Assembly (NCBI RefSeq): GCF_004010195.1
Contig: NC_057719.1
Coordinates: 93,625,510-93,689,509, forward strand
Direction: 5' to 3'
Origin: Chiloscyllium plagiosum
Taxonomy: Eukaryota
Length of the DNA: 64,000 bases
Numbering within the stretch: the stretch's first letter is position 1; the number at the start of each line of letters is the position of its first letter. The translations under genes and the position numbers were made by a program. The notes under the pieces are model-generated. The model had not been told where the DNA came from. It ran no database searches and saw only the letters and a program-made list of their open reading frames with translations. This document shows, piece after piece, positions 26,871 to 39,490 of the stretch.

Positions 26871-29800
26871 AGTCTGTTTATTTCTATTCACTTGTTTCTT
26901 GCCAGATGTCCCATTCTAGAAACATGGATCATATATTCGCCCCAATCCACTAAGATTTGATTTTGCAAACTGGGCTTGGAGCTTTACCAAAGTTTTTTCA
27001 AAAAATCAAAATGTTTTACATTCATTGCTTCTCTTTCATTTGTCTCCCAGTCTGTTTCTCAAACATAATTCCCATTTCATAAATTAATGTTCGTGTTGTC
27101 TATGACCATTACTTTCAGCCCTAATAATTTCTCCTAAACCATTTACTTCCCATGTTCTATGTTCCATGTACTCTATTATTTTCCCACACCAGACTTGGTT
27201 TTCCTAGTATCGTTAGAAAGTTCTGTGAAGACTGAATTGAAGTAGTGGCTTCAAAGTTCTGCTATTTCCCTGTTCCCCATTCTCCATTCTCTAGTTTCGG
27301 ATTGTAAGGAAACTGCACTTGTTTTCTCATATTTCTCACATTGACATGATTTAACAAGTTATTACAGTTCACTCTTATAGCCTTGTGAATATATCCTTCA
27401 GAAACTCATCAATTCCTGCCTTTAACTGCTCAATAATTGACCTCCCACACCATACACTCACAGGAGCATAGACTCTGTGCCAACAGAAATACAGCACGAT
27501 CTATATTAGTCCCACTTTCCTACCGCAGGCCCATAGCCGGGAATGTAATGACACTTCCAAGTGCTCGTCCAAGTACTTTTTAACCATTGTGAGGTTACCC
27601 GTGATAATTCCCTTCTCAAGAAGTAATCCCAGAACCCAAAACACTCTTGGTGAAAAAAAAAGGTTTAAATCCTCTCTGAACCTCAAACTCTTCACTTTAA
27701 ACGTGTGCTCCTTTGTTCTTGACCCTCTGACTAAAAGGAACAGCTGCTGTCTATCCACCCTTTCCATATCCCTCATAATCTTATCCTTCTGAATCACGGA
27801 CCCCTCAGCTTTCTCTGCTCTAAACTAAACAACCCGAGCTTATCCAGCCTCTCCCCATAGCTGATATGCTCTATCCCAGGGAACATTCTGGTGAATCACC
27901 TCTGCACCCTCTCCAGTACAGTCACATACTACCTGGAATGTGGCTCCCAGAACTACATACATTATTCCATTTTGCTGAACCAAAGCCCTGTATTGGTATT
28001 ATAATCTACGCCCTGATTAGAAAACACAACGCCCAAGGTCCAATTCTTAACTAGTCCATTAACCTGTCCAGTCACATTCAGGGATGTGTGGGGAAGCACA
28101 CTCTGAGGTTCACAGTGTGCTGCAATTCATTGAGTCCTCCCCTGCCTAGTTCCTTTTCCCAAAGTGCACCACCTCATCTTCATCAGGGTTACATTCCATT
28201 TGCCATTGATCTGCCAATCTGACCATTCTATCTGCATCTTCCTGTAACGAAAGGCCTTCCTCCTCATTGGTAACCACCCAGCCAATCTTTATGTCAAACA
28301 TACACTTACTTGTCACACCTCCCCCACTCTCCACCTAGCCCCCTCCACATTCACATCTATATTCTTTATGAATAACACAAACAATAAGGGACACAGCACT
28401 GATCCTTTTGGTACACCAGGTGACACTGGTCTCCAGTCACACAAACAGCCTTCTCTCACCACCCTTTGCGTCCTGCCACTAAGACAATTTTCGTTGTAAC
28501 TTGTCAAGTTATCCTTCATATTGTGAGATTTCACTTTATTTTTCAGTTTCCCAGGTGGATTTTTTCAAAGGCCTTCCTACAAAACAAAACAATCGACCTC
28601 CTCAAACTAATGCAATGAAACCCATTGGATGTGACTTCCTTCTGATAAAGTCATGATGATTATCCCTGATCAAACCTTGCCACTCTGACTGGAGTTCAAC
28701 TTTCTCATTCCCTATTTTCTCCAGTACTTTCCTTAACAGTGATCTAATACTCGTTCGTCTATAGTCACCTGGTCTATCTCTCCCACCCTTACTGTGAAGT
28801 GTAATCGTATTAGCAGTTCTCCAGTTCTCTGGCGCCTCGCCTATGGTCAGATTCTAATTAAAATATTAAGTCAGGATCTTTCCTCACTTGACCCCAAAAA
28901 GCCGACCGTGATACAACTCTTTCAGTCATGGAGATTGGTCGAAATCTATACAGAACAAAACCTCAAATCCCTGCTCATATTTTACATCAAACTGTTCAAG
29001 AGTTTTCCAGTCCATCTTCTTAAATTCTGTACCTGCCTTCTCCTTCTCCCAAGTAAAATAGATGTGAAGGTTTCATGTAACAATCCATCAATGTTCTCCA
29101 GCTTGACACACAGATTGCCCATATGGTTTCTCATGGACACTAACTGTTTGCTGATTATTCTGTTCTGCTTGTCCGTGTAGAATATCGTGGGATTCTCCCT
29201 GATCTCGCCTACTTGTACTTATCCATGTCCCTCTGTTATTCAGTCCCCACTATGTTTCTAAGTTTCACTGCAATCTCCTCTCATGTTTTGAAACTCGAGA
29301 TCACACATTGAGTTTCCACATCAGACAATCTTGCCATTTTAGGGATTAATCTGGATAATCATCGTAGGGATTAATCTGAATGATACCTTTTGCAGTTCCT
29401 TTATAGTCAGTATTTTCTTTCTGAGATTGTGGCTCCGAACGTTACACAATACTCTAAGTTTAGTCTCACCAACACTCGATGCAACTGGTTCACTACATCC
29501 TCTATATTGCAATTACATTCACAAGAATGTAAACCTAATTTTTACTTTCCCATTTGCATATGTTCTTCCTAATATCTCTCGCTTTCAATTTTTTTATGAG
29601 ATTACTCTGTGAGTTCATTAAAAAGAGCTCCTGAATACCCAACTCCACGTTATCCATTGGTTCTTCATTGCCTAAGTCTCCAAGAATCATCTTCAAACCA
29701 TTCCAAAAAAAGTTTGCCACTTCTGGTTTTCCTTTCATCGGTACATTCTCACACTCCCCAGTTATGTTATTACCTTCTGAATATCTAGTAGCATGTTCTT

Positions 29801-30450
29801 TGTAATCGAGTCCAACAGACACCCGACTGCGGATTACAAGTTACTGGTCTGTAGTTCACCATTCTCCATGTTCATCCTTTCTTCAACTGTTGGATAACAT
29901 TTATAACCTTTGCCTTATCCAGATTGGTAAATGCCTTTCGGGAATGTGTTGGAAAATGAAGAGAAAATCCGCAATGCAATCAACATGTCTATTGCTGCTT
30001 CCTCTGAAATTCTTGTATGAGGTACATCGAGTCTGTAAGATTTATAAATACTCAATCCAGCTTTCTTGGCAAAGAAGACCTCAACATTGATAAGAATGAT
30101 CTTAGACTTCACTTACACAAGTCCCATGGTCACTTGCTTTTTCTGGAAGAATTTCTTGACATTCTTTCATGAAGATAGACACAAAGAAACTGTTTCTTTT
30201 CCCAGCGATTTCTCTGTTCTCTGCAATAAATTATTGTGAATGCACACCAACCGTTCCACATTTGGCCTTGTTTTCATTTTTTTCATACATTGATAGACCC
30301 TTTTTAAGAGTCTACATGTTTTTCTTTCGTTTGCACACTTTTTCTCTTTTTGATTTTCTTCTAAGTTTCTTGGTCATCCTTTGCTGTGTCCTACATTTCT
30401 CTGAATCCACTGGCTTACTGCAACACTTGGCATTTTTCTAAGGTGCCTCC
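26870..30450 (-). mobile_element. Stack of old CR1 fragments (segmental duplicate of ~58040-61400)
   Basis: GVPKGSVLCPLLF, WQMECNPD motifs; junctions shared with the paralogous block. Confidence 0.75.
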
Positions 30451-30454
30451 TTTT

Positions 30455-31152
30455 ATCTAATAGGAAGATGAAGTTGGGGTTGAAAGTGAAAGTCGGAGAA
30501 GAGGGTGGACCAGATTGATAGGGAGGAAGGTGGACACATAGGAACATTCAAAAGGGCGGTGCTAACTTGGAAGGTTGGAGTGGGATAAGGTGGGATTAGG
30601 GGAAATGGGGAAATGGGGAAATCCACTATGATCCCCTGTGGTTGGAGGGTCCCAAGGCAGAAGATGAGGCTTTCTTCCTCCAGGATTCTGCTGGCTCGGG
30701 TTTGGCGATGGAGCAGGTCCAGGACCCTCATGTTCTTGGCAGAGTGGGAAGGGGAGTTAAAGTGCTCAGCCACAAGAGGATGGAGTTGTTCAATGTGGCT
30801 GTCCCAGAGATGTTCTATGAAATGATCCACAAGTTGACCTCCTGCCTCGCCAATGTAGAGAAGACCACATTGGGTTTAATGGATGCAGTAGATGAGGCGT
30901 TCTGTCTCTCTTCATCACCTATCACTTTCAACCCCACCTTCATTTATCTATCGCAATCCCAGCTACCTTCTCCCTGCCACACTCCCTTCTCATTTTTCTC
31001 TCAGCCCCCTTGGCCCATAAGCTTCATTCCTGATGAAGGGCTTATGCATGAAACATCGATTAATCTACTCTTAGTATGCTGCCTGACTGTGCTTTTCCAG
31101 CACTACACTCTTCAACTCTGATCTCCAGTATCTGTAGTCCCCACTTTCTCCT
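30455..31152. mobile_element. Neptune-type Penelope 3' end with inversion
   Basis: VAEHFNSPSHS, LEEESLIFCLGTLQPQG on minus strand; + strand terminus CTGATGAAGGGC...GAAACATC at ~31030. Confidence 0.8.
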
Positions 31153-32109
31153 CACACCTTCATGGCTTGCATGACTTAGATTTATAACGATTACTTCAAA
31201 TAAAACGAAAACTGCCGTGTACTCAAACAGCATAAAAGAAACCCAACACATTGTGGTCACTGTTCCCAAAAGGTCCTTGACAGCAAAATTTTCAATTAGC
31301 TCTTCTGATCACTCAACACCAATTCCTAAATAACCTGATCTCGAGCTCAGTGCCTGACATAATTTTAATGCAAACCATCTCACACGTGGTCACGAAATCC
31401 ATTTTTCCCAGATTTGCATTCAATTGGGTGAACAGAGTTTAGATATAATTTAAACAGTACATTATTACTGCAGTACCCACAAACGTGTATATCTCATTTC
31501 CTGTTTTATAACATGTGCAGCATTTGTAATGCAGCTTTCACTTTGATGTATAACTCCCATCAATATTTGCTCCTCCTTGTTGTTTTTGCGCTCCACCTTA
31601 CGAGATTCTGTGGAATCTGAGCGATGTGGGCTCTAGGGAGATTAATGGTAGATATCATCTCGCCACATCATTTATGATCTTCTCAAACATTAATTTCTCT
31701 GATCTCCCGTTATGCTGTGGAGTAGAGAAGGACAATGATCTTCAAACAATGCTCTGTTTCCCCCAGAGAACTGAGACGTCTCTAACCTGGGTGGGAAACT
31801 TGCAACAGGCTGGCGAAGTGTTGCTGCTGCTGGACAGGGTCTCAGCGAGATCACATCTGGAGTAGTGCGTGCAGATTTAGTCTCTTCAATGGAGAAAGGA
31901 TGTTGTTATATTGGAAGCAGCTCAGACATGCTTCCCTCAGCTGATTCCTGCAATGAAGGTGTTATCTTATAACGAAAGGATGATCAGGTTGATCCAGTAG
32001 TCATTGGAGTTTACATAAATTAAAGATTATCCTGTTTCAACATTGATGAAAGAAGGAGTCAACAAGTGAAGCGAATTACGCAGATAGTGGAGGAATCCAT
32101 TACGTTCTC

Positions 32110-32835
32110 CAGCCTGTTACACAGGAACAACAGGAGGATATACAGGCCTTCGAGCCTGTTACACCAAACAGGACAAGGCTGTTCAGCCCATGGAGCCTGA
32201 TATACATTTACAGAAGGAGGCCAATCAGACCCTCGAGCCTATAATACTGGACCCAAAGTAAGCCATGCTGCACCAGTATCCTGTTACACAGCAACAGGAT
32301 CAGTTCATTCAGCCACCTCAAGCCTGTAATATAGGAACTGGAAGCGGACACACAGTGACTGAGGATTGTTACACTGGGATAACAGGAGGCCATTCAGACC
32401 CACCGAGCCTATTTCAAGGGAATTGGATAAGGATAACAACTACCTGACACTTGTTTCATGAGAAAGGAAGAGGTAATTCAGACACATGTCTGTTGTTTGG
32501 GAACAAGAGAAGACCAATCACTCCCTTGGTCCCATCTCCGGGATACATGCGGACACCGTTCAGTATCTCCACCTGTTACGGAGATTCTTGAGAAGACCCA
32601 TCAGCCCCTCAAAATGTTACACAGCAACAGGAGGATTCCAAATCCCCCAACCCCCTAATGCATCAACGGGAGAACGTCATTTCGACCTTGGAGACGACAA
32701 CATGGGAACACCAGAAAAACGTCAGCCCATCGAATTTGTACACCAGCAGGATGATGAGTCCAGTCAGCCACACATGCCTCAAACAGCAATTGGAGCAGAT
32801 CTCTTAAAACCTTTTGCCCATTCAACAGGAATTCA
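32110..32835. repeat. ~17 degenerate ~42-bp tandem units derived from CR1 3' tail
   Basis: Consensus by eye ACACAGGAACAGGAGGAGGCCATTCAGCCCCTCGAGCCTGTT. Confidence 0.75.
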
Positions 32836-32859
32836 AAGAAAACGTAAATGTTTTCGAAA

Positions 32860-34470
32860 TGGAAGAAATTATAATAACTGTATACATTTGGGAGTAAAAC
32901 GTAATGGTGAACTATTGTAATTTAAGACAATTATTAGAATCCATTGTTGAGGACATTTGCAAAGTTAAACCACAATCCATCGGAGTCAATGTGGTTTTAC
33001 AAAGGATAAATCGAGTTTGAAGTGTTTGCTTGAGTTATTTAAAGAGGTGCCAAGCAAGGAGGATAGTAGGATTCCTGGAGATGGAATGTATCTGGTCTTC
33101 CTGAATGCATTGGATATGTCGCTTCTCCAAAGAGTAAGTGGTAAGATCAGACAACATGGGTTTAGGAGTAATTTATTAGCTTGGATGGAGGCTTGGTTAA
33201 CCAACAAAATGCAGTCAGATAGAATAAATGTGTCATTTTCTTTTGGCAAATGCAATTTGTGGGGTGTCATTGATTTCAGTACTCATGCCTGATTTCTCAT
33301 TTGCGATCGATAGTATTACTGTACTCGGTTGACGGGATAGAAAATACGATACCACATTTTCAGATGACACTAACATTGGTGGAAAATTAATTCGGAATGA
33401 TAATGCAAGAGATTTAAACACTATATGGATAGGTGAATGGACCAACATTTGGCAAGGAAAATTAAAGTGAATAAATATGGGGCTATTCAAGTTGGCCAGC
33501 ATAATTGAAAGACAAATTATTATCTAAATGGAAAGAAAGTTCAAAGTGCTTAGGTGCAGAGGGATCTGGGTGTCTGCTTGCATATCACAGAAAACCTGCT
33601 TGCGGGTCCTGCAAGTAATGAGAAATGCAAGCATAATTTCAGTGTTTATTTATAAAAGGATAGAGTAGAAAGGTAGGGATTGTTGGTGTAGCTATGCAAG
33701 GCATTTGTAAGGATGCAACTGGAGGACAGTTTGGGTGTCCTGCAGAATGAGGTATTTGCATTGGAGGCAATTCAGAAGAGCTTCACCAGATTGATTCCAT
33801 ATTTGAAGTGTTTGTCTTATGAAGAGAAAATTAGCAGTTCAGGCCTGTACTCTCGAGTTTATGAAAATAAAAGGGGATCTCATTGAGGTCTGTAAAATAT
33901 TAAAAGTAACTGGAATTGTAGATGTGGGTGGATTTTCTTTCCTGTGGCGCAATCTACAACAAGAGACTAGAGGTTTAGGATGGAGAGATAGCAGGAATGT
34001 GGAACTGAGGCCGCGTTGACATCAGCCTCATCGAGGGGTTGGATTGCTCACAGATGTTCCTTGTTCTTATTCAACCCTTCGACTGTGTTACACAGGAATG
34101 GGGGAGGCCTGGGTATCATACAGGAAGCAGGCACTCAGGATAAATCAGTCTCAATCAGTTAGAGAGAACATAACCAGTAGGGTCACGCAGTGACAGCGCT
34201 GGGTCCTCAACAGTTTGCAATCTATATTAAAGATCAGGAGGATGGAACAGATATACAGATGCTGAGTTTGGTGATGTCGCTAGTGATAAGCAAGAGATTA
34301 AATTATCAAGAGAGGGTGGAGAGTCTGCAGATAGATTCAGAGAGGTAAAGGCAATAGATAATATTTTGGCAGGTGGAATTTAACATGATATAATCTGTCA
34401 CTTCATTTACAGGAATAATGGAAGGCAGTATGTGACTGAAATGGAGAGAGATTACAGGACCGAATGATAC
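32860..34470 (+). mobile_element. Old CR1 fragments
   Basis: QCGFTKDKSSL, KIRQHGF, FSDDTNIG, KGDLIEVCKIL remnants. Confidence 0.7.
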
Positions 34471-34559
34471 TGTGTACTGGGGGGGAGATGGGGAGGTTCA
34501 TTCAGCCCCGTTCAGACATGGGAGGTTTTGCTCCATCCCTGACCGTCTGCTCCTTGACA

Positions 34560-35190
34560 CTCCAAGTGACCCCATTGCTCTCCATACACATGGACTATTT
34601 TGATGTGGTTGATTGGTGGTGAGCGTGATGTTTTGAAACGTGCATCAAGGGGACGACCTTTATCCAAGATATATTCATTTCTTTCTACGTGGACACCCGA
34701 TGACGATGGGGATGGCTGACTGCTTCTGAATGAAGAGGCCATGACTGCTGCCAGGACAGTGGATATTCACCAACATGATGTACTGTGCATGGGCAGGCTG
34801 CAACATTAATACAGAGAAAGATCCTTCAGTTCCTCTACCTCTCCCCATTGGCATGGGTACTCCGCAGATGCCATGTACACCATCGGGCATCCCACGACAC
34901 TGGATACACCCGGCAGCTCCCTGCTGTGGGCGAAACAATATGTTGACCCCTTCCATCATATACGTCATCCATCACCGTATGGTGACACTGATTTTGAGAT
35001 ACTGGGAGATGATGGATATATCACCTAGTCCTGCCTGGAAAGTTCTGGATCATAGAAGCTGAATGAAACTGTGACCCTAACAGTCACTGGCAGCACCATC
35101 CTCCCCCGGTGTGAAGTAGCAGGTCATGTTGAAGTAGGTGACACCGCTCTGTGACCAGCTCCTTGTTCAATCAGGGTCCCCTCACACTTT
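34560..35190 (-). mobile_element. PIF/Harbinger (HARBI1-like) transposase fossil
   Basis: Across frameshifts: KELVTERCHLLQ, LPVTVRVTVSFSFY, FQAGLGDISIISQ, IMLVNIHCPGSSHGLFIQKQSAIP, ILDKGRPL, matching Harbinger LPV.VKVT.AL.F, PGS.HD, GDKGYPL motifs. Confidence 0.75.
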
Positions 35191-36202
35191 GATCCTAGGT
35201 TAAGTGGAGCTTGGGAAGCTGTTCCTCGAAAACCCAGGGTGGATACAGCAGATCCCTTACCCCACACACACTGACTCTGTGGTTTCAGAGCTTCCCCTCC
35301 CTGCAGCCTCTGCTCCATTTGGAGTTCATGTTACAGACCCAGATGCTGTAACTACAGTCTCCATGCTCCATCCAGAGTTGGGTCACTAAATCCTCAGGTC
35401 TCCCTGAATGTCTGAGGCAGCTCACAGCATAACCTGCAGCAAATCATCCCCTGCCCCTTCACTAACTTTTCAATAACAGGAGTCAGTCAGAAACCCCTCC
35501 GCTACACGCGTTGTGGACCAGTCCCGATCCCTCCCAAAATATTTTAAGAAGGCCGTTTAGACCCAAGCCTTCCCTTATTTTGAATATAGATGTGAAGTGT
35601 GCCTTACAGATATGTTGTCACTGGTCAAACCACTCATTATTACGCAATGCTTTAGTTAAAATCCAATCAAAGAAAAGAACATTTTGGGATAGCTTATATG
35701 TTGGAACACTTACACAAACAATAGACACCGTACGTTCTTGGTATACATCGCTTGTCACAAAGATATATTCAAATACAGATTCTTACATGCAATTTTCCGA
35801 TCCAGGAGAAATCAAAATCAACAGAGATCTCAGAGAGAAAAGCAGCTAGGGATCATGTATTGAAACTTCCAATCCTTCTAGGATCCCCAACAGCTTCTGA
35901 ATGCTGCAGCTAAAACGAGAAAACCTGGTCTGGGAGAGCTGGCAACTGCCCTTCCATTATTAGCAACGTTTTAATGAAACCTAAAGGCTTTCTCAGTTAT
36001 TTACTTAAATTGTGTTCAGACAGCAGTTCTTCACCTCTGCCTTTAGAATCTCCCTTCAAAAACAACCGAAGAGAAAATAGCCTTTTTACAGTGATAGTAT
36101 ATCACAACTCATCCTTTAATAAAATGATCCATCAATATACAAAGATGGATTAATTTTAGACCTCCTAATCGTCCTCTACTAGTAGACTGAAATGCATATA
36201 TA

Positions 36203-37577
36203 GGTAAAAACAATGACTGCAGATGCTGGAATCAGATTCTGGATTAGTGGTGCTGGAAGAGCACAGAGTTCAGGCAGCATCCGAGGAGCAGTAAAATCGA
36301 CGTTTCTGGCAAAAAATTCATCAGGAATACAGGCAGCGAGCCTGAAGGGTGGAGAGTTAAGTGAGAGGAGGGTGCGGGTGGGGAGAAAGTAGCATAGAGT
36401 GCAATAGGTGAATGGAGGGGGGATAGGTCAGAGGCGAGGGTGGAGTGAATAGGTGGAAAAGAAGATAGGCAGGTAGGACAAGTCATGGAGACAGTGCTGA
36501 ATTGGAAGTTTGGAACTGCTGTGAGGTGGCGGAAAGGGAAATGAGGAAACTGTTCTAGTTCACATTGATGCCCTGGGGTTGAAGTGTTCCGAGGCGGAAG
36601 ATGAGGCGTTCTTCTTCCAGGCGTCTGGTGGTGAGGGAGCGGCGGTGAAGGAGGCCCAGGACCTCGATATCCTCGGCAGAGTTGGAGGGGGAGTTGAAAT
36701 GTTGGGGTGTGGTTGATTGGTGCAGGTGTCCCGGAGATGTTCCATAAAGCGCTCTGCTAGGAGGCGTCCAGTCTCCCCAATGTAGAGGAGACCGCATCGG
36801 GAGCAATGGATACAAAAAATGATATTGGTGGAAGTGCAGGTAAAACTTTGATGGATGTGGAAGACTCCTTTAGGGCCTTGGATGGAGGTGAGGGAGGAGG
36901 TGTGGGCACAGGTTTTGCAATTCCTGCGGTGGCAGGGGAAGGTGCCAGGATGGGAGGATGCGTTGAAGGGAGGCATGGACCTGACCAGGTAGTCACGGAG
37001 GAATGGTCTTTGCGGAAGGTGGAAAGGGATGGGGAGGGAAATATATCCCTGGTGGTGGGGTCTGTTTGGAGGTGGCGGAAATGTCGGTGGATGATTTGGT
37101 TTATGCGAAGGTTGGTAGGTTGGAAGGTGAGCACCGGGGCGTTCTATCCTTGTTACGTTTGGAGGGGTTGGGTCTGAGGGCGAGATGCATTGCAGGGCAT
37201 CTTTAACCATGTGGGAAGGGAAATTGCGGTCTCTAAAGATGGAGGCCATTTGGTGTGTTCTGTGGTGGAACTGGTCCTCCTGGGAGCAGATACGGAGGAG
37301 GCGGAGGAATTGGGAATACTGGATGGCATTTTTTGCAGGAGGTAGGGTGGGAAGAGGTGTAATCCAGGTAGCTGTGTGATTGTAAAAAATGTCGGTGTCA
37401 AGTAGGTCGTCATTAATGGAGATGGAGAAGTCCAGGAAGGGGAGGGAGGCGTCAGAGATGGTCCAGGTAAATTTAAGGTCAGGATGGAATGTGTTGGTGA
37501 AGTTGATGAATTGCTCAACCTCCTCGCGGGAGCATGAGGTGGTACCAATGCAGTCATCAATGTAGCGGAAGAAGAGG
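36203..37577 (-). mobile_element. 5'-truncated Neptune-type Penelope element (RT C-terminus, Cys linker, GIY-YIG)
   Basis: FRYIDDCIG, LPFLD, CHRRNCKTC, NIIFCIHCSRCGLLYIGETGR; 10-bp TSD tgcatatata 36193-36202 / 37578-37587. Confidence 0.92.
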
Positions 37578-39274
37578 TGCATATATATATTACATTGACT
37601 CTGAGCATACAAATGTTCACAACTGGATTCGATTTCGATCATTTCACTCCTGAAGCAGAATGCCTTTGTCATTCTTCATCCAAGTCTCCACAACGTGTCA
37701 AAACTAAGGTTTTCTCACCCTGTGACCTCTATAATTTCAAATTGAATGGCAGCAATAATAAGCACAAACGAAACAGACTGGTATTCTTCTCCCTAAACTT
37801 CTCCAAAAGCTTTCAGGGGTCACGATCAGTGATAAAGATTTGTCTCAGGTGCGTTATTCGCAATTTAAATGCTAAGATGTTGTAACGCCAACACCAAGCT
37901 CAAGGCCTCCTTCCCCATTGTGGAATAAATCGGTTGATGTTTCCAATGGACGTTCCAACCACACGTTACATAATGGAACACTTCTCATCTCTCCAATTGT
38001 CCTTCTGAATGACATGTCTCCTCATGTCTCAGCATAAAACAATTACATCCTTCTGTACCTCTTAATGCTGTAACCTCTTTACCTGCTCTTCCTGGCCTAT
38101 GCCAATAAACCTTACTCTCACAGGGATATGTTTTAAGAAGATCTAGCACATTCTTCTCAATCCTTCACAGAAAGCAAACTTTGATTTCTGAACTCAATCT
38201 TCATCATCAGCCATTTCAGCTTCTAATCTTGCCATTTTAACTCTCTGCTCTTCCACACAAGTTCTCACGATTGCAGGAAGTGAATTGTTGAATTGTTGAA
38301 TTTCTCCAAAATAAGAATTTCTCTAAGAGTGCCATACCTTTGCTCTGTTTTAAATACCCTTCCCCACTTTCCAAAATTATTTTGTTAGATTCTTTCAAAC
38401 TCAATGTGCGTTTGACCAGGGACGCTATTTTAGATTCCTGAAACACTGTCTGTCAGCTTCTGGCACAAGCTCATATGCACTTCAGATGGCTTTCGTCACC
38501 TCCTCCTACTCCCTAGATACCTCAGATAGGGTGCAAATACCTGTCAGCTTTGTTTGAATCAACTAAATCCACATGGTCACTGGGCACTGCATTTGTTTAG
38601 CCACTTACTCAAATGAAATTAAAAAGGCTCCCCCATCCTTCTCATCAAATTTAGATAATGCCTGGGTATATTTAAACAGATCCCCATCAGGCCTTTGGCT
38701 ACTATAGGGTTGCTCATCCTCACTATCCTCCTCATCCAGCCTTCCATCTACCTTTATCACCACCTTCTATGTCAAATTTCCTCTCTAGTTACTAACTTTT
38801 GAAGTTGAATCTCTCTGCTTTTCTTCTCTCTTTTTCTCCCTTTCTTCTTCGTTTTCTTTTCTTTTATTTCTGCTTTTCATCATAATTCAAACAGTTTCAA
38901 TTCCTTCTCAAGTTCGAGGTGCCTCATGTGAAAATGAATTCTCGCCATTTCCAAATACTCTGATGGCGTTTCCACCAAATGTAATTGCCGCAATTATCTC
39001 TCATATTCTCACAGACAAACGCAACCCCAACTCCAGCTTGTCTGCCAATTTCTACAGTTTTGCCTTCATTACTTTTTGTAAAACCCCAACTTCACTTCTT
39101 CCACACCCAGAGAACTCTGGGTGACTGAATGAACCTTTATACACAAAACACTGATTAAACCACCGAATTCAACATCTGGAACAAAAGACACTGACAACTA
39201 CCATAAGCGACCTTTGAACCCAATAGTCTCCCGGTGCATACTCTCCAGTGTCTGCATGAGCTTTATTCTGGACG

Positions 39275-39490
39275 CTCTGGTTTCCTCCCACAATCCAAAG
39301 ATGTGCATGTCAGGTGAATTGGCCATGCTAAATTGTTTGTAGTTTTCAGGGATGTGTGGGTTAGGAGTCTTTGTCGGGGTAAATGTGTAATAATAGGGTA
39401 GAGGAATGCGTCTGGGTAGGTTACTCCTCGGAGGGTCAGTGTGAACTTGTTGAGTCGAATGGCCTGTTTGCACAGTGTAGGGATTGTAAT
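39275..39490 (+). mobile_element. HE1/V-type SINE, 5'-truncated
   Basis: ggtttcctcccacaatccaaagatgtgca...gaattggccatgctaaattg core. Confidence 0.8.

Noticed and set aside
32110..32835. CRISPR-like periodicity (also 1961-2260)
   Set aside because: Whole units are degenerate tandem copies with no constant repeat plus unique spacer; vertebrate context, no cas genes.
34560..35190. Domesticated HARBI1 gene
   Set aside because: Stops, frameshifts and lost catalytic residues.
36560..37672. 370-aa ORF as an intact gene
   Set aside because: Frameshifted, 5'-truncated Penelope with a TSD; the ORF start lies outside the element.
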